Below, one piece after another: positions 53,270-60,664 of a stretch of 64,000 nucleotides of DNA. The stretch lies in NCBI GenBank assembly GCA_006218065.1, contig VBWE01000005.1, forward strand, positions 50,336-114,335, read 5' to 3'. A program made the translations under genes and the position numbers. The notes under the pieces were generated by a model, which was not told where the DNA came from, made no database searches, and saw nothing but the letters and a program-made list of their open reading frames with translations. How positions within the stretch are numbered: the stretch's first letter is position 1; every line of letters begins with the position of its first letter. Source of the DNA: Bacteroidota bacterium (GTDB taxonomy: Bacteria; Bacteroidota; Bacteroidia; Palsa-965).

Positions 53270-54679
53270 ATGAAAAAAATTTATCTTACACTCGTTCTTC
53301 TCCCTTTCATTTTTTCTGCTTCGGCGCAGAATTACAACTCACAAAACGTTAGTCTGCTCGGTCATTTCAATGATCCGACGGTTCCGGCGGAGCCTTTTTA
53401 CGGCATCCGTTACCAGGGCGTCTGGGGCTGGAAGGACACGGGCAACGGGAATGAATACGCCCTGATCGGTGCATCCACAGGTGTGTATTTTATCAACGTA
53501 ACCAACCCGGGAACGCCTGTCCAGTGCGATTTTCTTCCCGGCTGCCGCGTGGATTGCATCTGGCGTGAAATCAAAACCTACGATCATTACGCGTATATCG
53601 TGAGCGACGACGGTTCGCCGAACTGCTTCCAGATCGTTGACCTGAACTACCTTCCGGATTCCGTTCACGTAGTACACCAGGGCACGAATATTTTCGAACG
53701 CAGCCATACCATTTACGTGGACGGCAGCAAACTTTACTGCGGCAGTGTAACCACCACAAGCGACTATTACTCGATGGCGGTGTACGAACTTTCCGTCACT
53801 CCCGAAAACCCGCAACTGATTCGCACGCTCGACCAGGATTTTGTAACGCCGTCGACCGTGCACGATATGTTCGTGCGCAACGATACAGTGTATGCTTCGG
53901 GCGGGTACGATGGTCTGCACATCTTCAAATTCAACGGGGCTGCACCGTTCACGCAATTAGCCACGATGACCAATTACCAGGAACAGGGTTACAACCACAG
54001 CAGCTACCTGACGCCCGACGGGAATACGCTCATTTTTATGGACGAAGTTCCGGCTGGCATGGGCGTAAAGTCGCTCGACGTAAGTAATTTCGGCAACCTG
54101 ACGATGAACCAGATTTTCCGGTCCACTACAGGATGCACGCCGCACAACCCGTATATCCTCGGTGCAAATACATTGATTGCAGCCTATTACCAGGACGGCG
54201 TGCAGATTTTTGACATTTCGAATCCTTCGGCCGTAGTCCGTACCGGTTATTTCGATACCGATACGCTCAACAACGCGAGTAACGGTTACCCCGATCCGTA
54301 TCACGGTTGCTGGGGCGCTTACCAGGACCTGCCGAGCGGCAATATCCTCGCTTCCGATATGCAGAACGGCCTGTACATTCTCAACATCACGCAGTCCATG
54401 AGCGTACCGGCCGCGCAATCAGCCGTGAGCAGCGTTTCGGCTTACCCGAACCCGTTCAACGAAAACTTCATGGTGAACATCAGCCTGGAGAAAGCGCAGG
54501 AAATCACGTATCGCATTTACGACAATGCCGGCCGCCTGGTGTTTGAAGAAATGCAGAACCTTCCTGCGGGAAATTCGCTGCTCGACGTGACGGCGGATAA
54601 CCTGGCTGTCGGTTGTTATTCCATGACTATTTCCGGGGAGAATTTTAAAGGGAATGTGAAATTGGCGAAGGTGAAGTGA
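53270..54679 (+). CDS. Choice-of-anchor-B / LVIVD-repeat-like beta-propeller protein with a T9SS C-terminal sorting domain
   Basis: 469 aa with a signal peptide. NVSLLGHF...GVWGWKDTGNGNEYALIG is typical of choice-of-anchor B. The CTD is AYPNPFNENFMVNI...GNVKLAKVK. Confidence 0.7.
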   Translation: MKKIYLTLVLLPFIFSASAQNYNSQNVSLLGHFNDPTVPAEPFYGIRYQGVWGWKDTGNGNEYALIGASTGVYFINVTNPGTPVQCDFLPGCRVDCIWREIKTYDHYAYIVSDDGSPNCFQIVDLNYLPDSVHVVHQGTNIFERSHTIYVDGSKLYCGSVTTTSDYYSMAVYELSVTPENPQLIRTLDQDFVTPSTVHDMFVRNDTVYASGGYDGLHIFKFNGAAPFTQLATMTNYQEQGYNHSSYLTPDGNTLIFMDEVPAGMGVKSLDVSNFGNLTMNQIFRSTTGCTPHNPYILGANTLIAAYYQDGVQIFDISNPSAVVRTGYFDTDTLNNASNGYPDPYHGCWGAYQDLPSGNILASDMQNGLYILNITQSMSVPAAQSAVSSVSAYPNPFNENFMVNISLEKAQEITYRIYDNAGRLVFEEMQNLPAGNSLLDVTADNLAVGCYSMTISGENFKGNVKLAKVK

Positions 54680-54733
54680 TTTTGATGAACCGATTCAGTC
54701 AATTTGAAAATTGAGAAAATTATCTTCTTTATT

Positions 54734-54768
54734 AAATCCCGGTTTCTAAAGAACCGGGATTTTCATTT
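54734..54768 (+). terminator. Rho-independent terminator
   Basis: Stem aaatcccggtt/aaccgggattt followed by tcatttc. Confidence 0.7.
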
Positions 54769-54906
54769 CGTCTCTGCGATCGCAACTTTTTTAAGAATTA
54801 TTTTTCAAAAACGTTTGTGCTGCACTTGTTCGCAATGACCTGCTTGTGTGTTTACACCGCTTCAATTAGTGCAATCTAAATAAACCCGGGATTTTTTTCT
54901 GTTCGC

Positions 54907-54936
54907 TTGACAAGCCCCCCTCCTCGTTCGTATATT
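54907..54936 (+). promoter_or_regulatory. Enterobacterial-consensus-like promoter TTGACA-N18-TATATT
   Basis: TTGACA at 54907-54912 and TATATT at 54931-54936, 55 nt upstream of the radical SAM gene start. Confidence 0.35.
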
Positions 54937-54991
54937 AGCCCATCTTATCTTTTTTGCTGTATATATTTTTTGATTTTAGTTTTTAGAGACC

Positions 54992-56062
54992 ATGTCCGAA
55001 GAAAAACCCAACGACTACTTCAAGGGTAGAGGTGCGCAAATCAATACGCACAACCGTTTCCTGAAACAGCGCGTAGTACAGGAGCATATCGAGATGATCG
55101 ACGAACCATTCCTGCAGGAAGAGAAAACCGAGCTCATCGAAACGCACGCCAAAACGATCATCAACCGGATCGACAGTCCCGACATCCAGGGCTTGTCCAT
55201 GAACCCGTACCAGGGCTGCGAGCACGGCTGCATTTACTGCTACGCACGTAATGCCCATGAATACTGGGGTTACAGCGCCGGGCTGGATTTCGAGCGCAAG
55301 ATCATCATCAAGCGGAATGCGCCCGAACTGCTGGAAAAAGCGCTGAGCAACCCGCGCCACGAACCGGAGCCGATCATGTTTTCGGGCAATACGGATTGCT
55401 ACCAGCCGGTGGAACGCAAACTGGAAATCACACGGAAAATGCTGCAGGTACTCCTGAAGTTCCGCCATCCTGCGTCGATGATCACCAAGAACAGTCTCAT
55501 CCTCCGCGATATCGACATCCTGCAGGAAATGGCGAAACACCGGCTGGTACACGTGATGGTGAGCATCACCGGGCTCGATGAAAACATGCGCCAGAAACTA
55601 GAACCGCGCACCTCCACATACAAAAACCGGCTGAACACCGTCCGCGAACTGAACAAGGCCGGCATTCCCGTGGGCGTGATGGTTGCGCCGATCATCCCGG
55701 GACTGAACAGTCACGAAGTAGCAGACGTGATCGAAGCGGCGGCCGAAGCCGGGGCGCAGGAAGCGGGTTTTACCATCGTGCGGCTGAATGGTGCGATCGG
55801 TGATATTTTCAAAGACTGGCTTTTCAAAAATTTCCCCGACCGCGCGTCGAAAGTCTGGAACCAGATATGCGACTGCCACGGCGGGCAGGTGAACGACAGC
55901 CGCTGGGGAACACGCATGCGCGGGGAAGGCAATATCGCCGCGTCCATCAAACAACTGTTCCGCGTGGCTGTTCAGAAGCACCGGCTCAACCGCAGCGAGT
56001 TTATTTTCAACGTGGACGATTTTAATCCGAACGCCGGGAAAGCGCAACTGAGTTTGTTCTGA
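54992..56062 (+). CDS. PA0069-family radical SAM protein
   Basis: 356 aa with the family-typical N-terminus KGRGAQINTHNRF and the CxxxCxxC cluster CEHGCIYCY. Confidence 0.88.
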   Translation: MSEEKPNDYFKGRGAQINTHNRFLKQRVVQEHIEMIDEPFLQEEKTELIETHAKTIINRIDSPDIQGLSMNPYQGCEHGCIYCYARNAHEYWGYSAGLDFERKIIIKRNAPELLEKALSNPRHEPEPIMFSGNTDCYQPVERKLEITRKMLQVLLKFRHPASMITKNSLILRDIDILQEMAKHRLVHVMVSITGLDENMRQKLEPRTSTYKNRLNTVRELNKAGIPVGVMVAPIIPGLNSHEVADVIEAAAEAGAQEAGFTIVRLNGAIGDIFKDWLFKNFPDRASKVWNQICDCHGGQVNDSRWGTRMRGEGNIAASIKQLFRVAVQKHRLNRSEFIFNVDDFNPNAGKAQLSLF

Positions 56063-56240
56063 TCGATGTTTTTTTCTCCGTTTAAGTTACTCTTTGTGAT
56101 TCTTTGTGGCTTCGTGCCTTCGTGGCAGGAAACAAACAGGACTACAAAGGCGCCCCAAATTGATTCAAACACGGGTACCGGCTGACAGACTTGACTTGCA
56201 TCAGATTTTAGTTTATTTTTAGTTTTCCATTTCAGCCCCG

Positions 56241-56711
56241 ATGCGTAAACGGATTGTTTCTTTCCTGCTTATTTCGGTCACCACCTTCGGTTTCGTTTCC
56301 TGCCATAAGGACGAACTTCCGGCGGAACCTTCCGAGTATTTTGTAGAGGGTACCTGGGAAGTCGTAGAAATCTGGTCGAGCGACGGTTACCTTTTAAACA
56401 GCAGTTACGGCATAGGTCTCGGCGATATTTTCAAATTCACACACGACCGCAAGCTGACCTTTGATGTTACGGCACTAAGCGGAATCCAGGCGGATGGCAA
56501 CTGGGATTTATCGACGTACACATCCACTGATCCGAACGACACACTTTTTTATAATATGAGTGTGCTCGAACTGACCGGCAATATGAATTACATCTCGAGC
56601 AACTATTCGAGAAGCTTCGTTTGGAAAAACCTGCTCGAAGAATCCTACACTTCAGGGACCTGGCTCTCGTTTTACTGGAATAGCGAGCAATTTTACCTGA
56701 AGAAGCTCTGA
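56241..56711 (+). CDS. Hypothetical lipoprotein (lipocalin-like size)
   Basis: 156 aa with the lipoprotein signal FLLISVTTFGFVSC. Confidence 0.5.
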   Translation: MRKRIVSFLLISVTTFGFVSCHKDELPAEPSEYFVEGTWEVVEIWSSDGYLLNSSYGIGLGDIFKFTHDRKLTFDVTALSGIQADGNWDLSTYTSTDPNDTLFYNMSVLELTGNMNYISSNYSRSFVWKNLLEESYTSGTWLSFYWNSEQFYLKKL

Positions 56712-56773
56712 TCATCCGGGTGACTTGCGCGGATTTTCCTTCCAGAATCTTACTTTTATACAAAGCCAATTTC

Positions 56774-57286
56774 ATGGACCAGGTAAAATGGATCGAACGC
56801 AAATTCAGCTTCGACAGCAAAGAGAATATTTTTCCTTCCGTTGTTGATCGCCTGGAAGGAACCGTTATCCGCCTCAGGCACCGGCTCCAGTCGGTTGATG
56901 AAAAAACGCTCCGTCACCAGCCGGAAGGCCGCTGGTCCATCCTCGAGCATATCGGCCACCTCGCCGACCTGGAAACCCTCTGGCAAACACGCCTGGAAGA
57001 AATACTGGAAGGAAAAGAAACCATGTCAGCCGCCGACATGACCAACGCCAAAACCCACGCCGCCCGGCACAACGAAAAAGAAGTCCACTGGCTGATCCGC
57101 GAATTCGAAGACCTGCGGAACGAAACCCTGCAAAGCCTGCACGAATTAAAAGAAGAAGACGTTTTCCGCTCCGCTTTCCATCCGCGCCTGCAGAAACCGA
57201 TGCGCATCATCGACCTGTTCCTTTTCGTCGCGGAACATGACGATCATCACTTGGTTTCTATTAAGGAAATAGCCAAAACTGTCTAA
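56774..57286 (+). CDS. DinB-family protein
   Basis: The ATG at 56774 gives MDQVKWIERKF. WSILEHIGHLADLE and VAEHDDHH are the DinB-type His triad regions. Confidence 0.8.
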   Translation: MDQVKWIERKFSFDSKENIFPSVVDRLEGTVIRLRHRLQSVDEKTLRHQPEGRWSILEHIGHLADLETLWQTRLEEILEGKETMSAADMTNAKTHAARHNEKEVHWLIREFEDLRNETLQSLHELKEEDVFRSAFHPRLQKPMRIIDLFLFVAEHDDHHLVSIKEIAKTV

Positions 57287-57481
57287 AATTCCTCCGCAGA
57301 GCCGTTTTACAGGAAAACTGTTGTTATAGGCCGGAATAGATCCAGTGGCAGTCGGCAGTCGGCAGCGGCAGTCAGTCTGGTTAAACCTGGAGCAGGTAAA
57401 TCTTGACGACATTCCTGTAATACCAAGACTGCCTCCTGCCGACTGCCGCTTAAGTCAAAACTATTACGAAGGAATTTTAAA
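57283..57481 (-). mobile_element. MITE-like nested palindromic element, copy C (inverted relative to A/B, shorter)
   Basis: Its left end matches the reverse complement of the A right end (aaaattcct..gttttacag..cggaatagatcc..ggcagtcggcagc). Its right end is ctgccgactgccgctt...ggaattttaaa. The DinB-gene stop TAA (57284-57286) lies inside the terminal repeat. Confidence 0.55.
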
Positions 57482-57490
57482 CCCAACTAT

Positions 57491-59119
57491 TTATTTCCGC
57501 ATAATCATATCACGCTGGTACACATCCATTTTTACCGCGGCGGGTTTGATCGTATTCGAATTGTTGCTGATCGTGATGGAAACTTCGGCGGGTAATTTTC
57601 CATCGCTGAAATGAACATAGTACAACCCGTCGAACGCTTTTTCTTTGTGCGGGATTTTTGTAAAACCGCCCTGCGCAGAATACACGCTGTAAAGCCCCCA
57701 GTTTTCGCCGCCGCTTACTTTGTGCCGGTCAAGCGAATTCCAGTTCTCGCCTTTGGAAATGCACATTTGCGCCAGCCGCATAAGACTTACATTCAGCGAA
57801 AATTTTTCACCCGCCCTGATGTAAACGCATTTCGATGTGGAACCTGCGCTGATAAAAAGTACGGCATCGTACTTCGATTTGTTCGTAACGCGGAACACCG
57901 TCCCCGAATCAACCCAGGCATCTCCGCCGGAATACTGCAGTCGGTAGGGATCGTCGCCGGTTTCTGGTCTTCCGTACTCTGCGGAAGAACTGTCATTTTC
58001 GCCGGTACTGAGCCTGACCACGTCAAAAAGAGCTGTGGCTGTCGGCTTCGCCATTTCAAACTGCTTGAAATTTTCCCGCTGTTTCGACCATTGCTGCGCC
58101 TGGCGCATGATCTCATCAAGCCGTTTCTGCTGGTCGGTATTCCAGCCTCTGCCGAATCGCGACGATCCGCCCGAGCCGCTTTTATCCGTGGATCTCATGA
58201 TCATAACAATGACGGCTATCAAGCCGACGGCAAGAACGATCCGCTGGTATATTTTCAGCCCATTGGATTTATACGGACGTTCATAACCGGGATCCGGCTC
58301 CGGTTTGCCCCGCTCCCCGGCTTTGGGGTTTTTATGCGCGAAAATCAGTTCATTCACCATCCAGCCCTGCATGCCGAAAAGCGGGCGGGCTTTCCGTGCA
58401 CATTCGACCAGCTTGTCGAGAACAACATCCGGTATGCGCCGGCGGAACATTAAATCGTAATAGCTGCAATATATTTTAGCGAGGTCTTTGACTTCGGAAA
58501 AAAACGCGACCCAGAATAAAATCGTTTTTTCATCGCTCAGCTTCCGCAGGAATTCACTCACCACCCCGGCATTGTCATAATGTTCCAGGTCGTCGTTCAG
58601 AGACTGCACAAGCAGTTTTTCTTTCTCCGAGGTATAGCGCAATTCTTCCTGCAGAATTTCGGCCGGGGCGTCAGCAGTCATTTCCGACAATCGATTCACC
58701 GCTTCTGTATCTTCGCTGTTCCAGCATTGCCGGAGCCGTTCACGATAGGCATCTACCAGCATCCGGGTGATTTCGGTTTTTTGCTTACCCGTAACCTGCC
58801 CGTAGTCAAGCTGGTCCCAGGCAATGCCCTCGCTGTTCCCGGTTTCCAGGAAAGCGGGCAAACCGTAAACGGAGTGAATCGCTTTATGCAGCAGCAGGCG
58901 GTCTTCCTGCGCACATTCGTCAAGCGCCTGGAGCAGGTCGTTTTTGGTACGGCTGATCCCGTTCACCTCCACGGATGCGCCGCCGTTCAGTTCCAGTTCC
59001 GCCAGCCAGCGCTTTTTAGCCTCACGCAAAAGCACGGCAAACTCCGCGGGATCATCCGGGAGATCGGTTCGGAAAAGCAGGGTGCTCAGGGCTATATAGG
59101 GCACCATCAAAGTTACCAT
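57491..59119 (-). CDS. Single-pass membrane protein, paralogue 2 (cytoplasmic ~290-aa domain, TM helix, ~230-aa beta-rich ectodomain)
   Basis: 542 aa. The N-terminal domain is alignable to the upstream 371-aa protein (VPYIALSTLLFRTDLPDDPAEF..AKKRWLAELEL..GISRTKNDLLQALDEC). The TM segment is IVLAVGLIAVIVMIM. No HPD/J-domain motif. Confidence 0.7.
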   Translation of the reverse strand: MVTLMVPYIALSTLLFRTDLPDDPAEFAVLLREAKKRWLAELELNGGASVEVNGISRTKNDLLQALDECAQEDRLLLHKAIHSVYGLPAFLETGNSEGIAWDQLDYGQVTGKQKTEITRMLVDAYRERLRQCWNSEDTEAVNRLSEMTADAPAEILQEELRYTSEKEKLLVQSLNDDLEHYDNAGVVSEFLRKLSDEKTILFWVAFFSEVKDLAKIYCSYYDLMFRRRIPDVVLDKLVECARKARPLFGMQGWMVNELIFAHKNPKAGERGKPEPDPGYERPYKSNGLKIYQRIVLAVGLIAVIVMIMRSTDKSGSGGSSRFGRGWNTDQQKRLDEIMRQAQQWSKQRENFKQFEMAKPTATALFDVVRLSTGENDSSSAEYGRPETGDDPYRLQYSGGDAWVDSGTVFRVTNKSKYDAVLFISAGSTSKCVYIRAGEKFSLNVSLMRLAQMCISKGENWNSLDRHKVSGGENWGLYSVYSAQGGFTKIPHKEKAFDGLYYVHFSDGKLPAEVSITISNNSNTIKPAAVKMDVYQRDMIMRK

Positions 59120-60167
59120 TTTGCCCGAAGTCCGCTAAAGTGAAAAACTGCGGATAACAGGTATTTGCCGAAAAGGAACGGGAACGCTTTCCCGGTTTGC
59201 GCGGCTTATCCCGTTTAATAAAGATGGAAGCAATGATGAGGCATCCGAAGATTATTAAAACTAAAATGGCCATTTTGAATCTCATCCCGTCCACATTGCC
59301 CGGGGAGGCATAATGCTGCGCCAGGTTCTTTCCAAGATCCGTTTGCATGGGAGCCGGAGACTGCCCGGCGAGCCCGAACCAATGCGCCCGGGCAAGTTCC
59401 CTGATCTTCCAGTCGTCGGAACCGGCAAGCGGCATCGCTTTTTTAGCATAGCGGATGAGTTCCCGCAATTGGGATCTTTTTGCGCCGCGCCTTTTCATCG
59501 CCTTGTAATACCGGCTGTATATTCTTACTATTTCCGTTACCTCGCCGAAAAAGGAATTCCAGTATATCAGCGCCTGCTCATTTTTCAGCAGGACCAGGTA
59601 CGAACGGACTTCTCCGGTCTCTTCAAAATGGAGCAAATCCTCTTCGAGCACCTCGATCAGAAACTTTTTCCTCGCTTTTCCGAATTCGATATTGGCCTGT
59701 ACGATCTCCTCCGGCGCTCCATCCGACATATTGCCGAGCTCTTCGGTTGCACGGATATCGAAATTATTCCAGCAGGCCCGCATCCGTTCGAGGAAAACTT
59801 CGGCCGTCATTTTCAGGATTTCCTTCTGCTGGACCCTGCTGATCCGTTCATCGTCGAGCTTTTCCCAACTGATCGTACGGATGGAACGGATCTCGAGAAA
59901 ATCTTCCAGCCCGGGAACAAGCGACACGGCCTCCCGAAACCGCAGGCGTTCATCGTCATGACATTCGTCGAGCGCCGCCAGGATATCGCTTTTCCGGAAA
60001 GAAATACCGTCGATAACCGTGCTCGTGCCATCGGCCAGTTCGAACTCGGCAGACCAGCGTTTGCGCGCGTCACGCACCATCTGCGCCCGCATGGCGGGAT
60101 CATCGGAAAGCGGTTTGCCGAAGAAAAGGGTTTTAAATGCAATGTAGGGCACTGACAAAAATAGCAC
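59052..60167 (-). CDS. Single-pass membrane protein, paralogue 1 (same cytoplasmic domain and TM helix, ectodomain missing)
   Basis: 371 aa with a GTG start. It has VPYIAFKTLFFGKPLSDDPAMR..ARKRWSAEFEL..GISFRKSDILAALDEC and the TM segment ILVLIIFGCLIIASIFI. Its 3' end overlaps the next gene by 68 nt. Confidence 0.65.
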   Translation of the reverse strand: MLFLSVPYIAFKTLFFGKPLSDDPAMRAQMVRDARKRWSAEFELADGTSTVIDGISFRKSDILAALDECHDDERLRFREAVSLVPGLEDFLEIRSIRTISWEKLDDERISRVQQKEILKMTAEVFLERMRACWNNFDIRATEELGNMSDGAPEEIVQANIEFGKARKKFLIEVLEEDLLHFEETGEVRSYLVLLKNEQALIYWNSFFGEVTEIVRIYSRYYKAMKRRGAKRSQLRELIRYAKKAMPLAGSDDWKIRELARAHWFGLAGQSPAPMQTDLGKNLAQHYASPGNVDGMRFKMAILVLIIFGCLIIASIFIKRDKPRKPGKRSRSFSANTCYPQFFTLADFGQNGNFDGALYSPEHPAFPNRSPG

Positions 60168-60174
60168 GTTTTCT

Positions 60175-60281
60175 GTTTACCGTTTTTCGTTCACCGTTTA
60201 CGGTTTACCGTTTTTTGGCATTTTATAAATCGCCGGCGGATAACTATCCCGGAATTGCGGAAGGAAAACGGTAAACGGTGT
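60175..60281. promoter_or_regulatory. Divergent control region with GTTTACCG-type direct and inverted repeats
   Basis: gtttaccgttttt (60175-60187), caccgtttacgg (60192-60203), gtttaccgtttttt (60203-60216) and the inverted copy aaaacggtaaacggtg (60266-60281). A TAACTTTG -7 box lies at 60296-60303. Confidence 0.5.
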
Positions 60282-60327
60282 TTCTATAAAAACAATAACT
60301 TTGGAGGTACCCCAACAGGGCATTATC

Positions 60328-60657
60328 ATGATCATTCATAACCAGGAGCAATTGCTCAAAATCGTGAACCAGGTATATGACCTGGAACGTAAAACCGCCG
60401 CGAAAGAAGAGTTCGCCGGCCTTCAGCGAAACATCGGCCGCATCCGGGATGCATTTTCCGAAATGGGCCTGCACTGGGCGAGTCCCGAAGGCGAGCCGTA
60501 CAACGATACCCGCACCGACTGCGAAGCCAGTATCGCGGGCGAATCGTCCGAAAACCTGTATATCAGTGAAGTATTAAAACCGATCGTCTGGATAAAAGAC
60601 GGCGGACTGCAATACATCATCCAGAAAGCCGTCGTCATTGCCGAATCCCAAACGTGA
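60328..60657 (+). CDS. Minimal GrpE-like nucleotide-exchange-factor candidate
   Basis: The ATG at 60328 gives 109 aa. A helical N-part is followed by a C-terminal segment SPEGEPYNDTRTDCEASIAGESSENLYISEVLKPIVWIKDGGLQYIIQKAVVIA, which resembles the GrpE beta-domain pattern (G..FDP..H.A......V..V...GY.....++.A.V.V). Its stop lies 8 nt before the Hsp70 start. Confidence 0.55.
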   Translation: MIIHNQEQLLKIVNQVYDLERKTAAKEEFAGLQRNIGRIRDAFSEMGLHWASPEGEPYNDTRTDCEASIAGESSENLYISEVLKPIVWIKDGGLQYIIQKAVVIAESQT

Positions 60658-60664
60658 ACACAGT

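Noticed and set aside
54680-54991. Search for tRNA, riboswitch or other structured RNA in the longest spacers (also 34075-34295, 39983-40215 and 63188-63441)
   Set aside because: I could not recognise any cloverleaf, conserved riboswitch core (B12, SAM, TPP, FMN) or RNase P/tmRNA/SRP-like motif by eye. This is not decisive, and a covariance-model scan (Infernal/Rfam) is needed.
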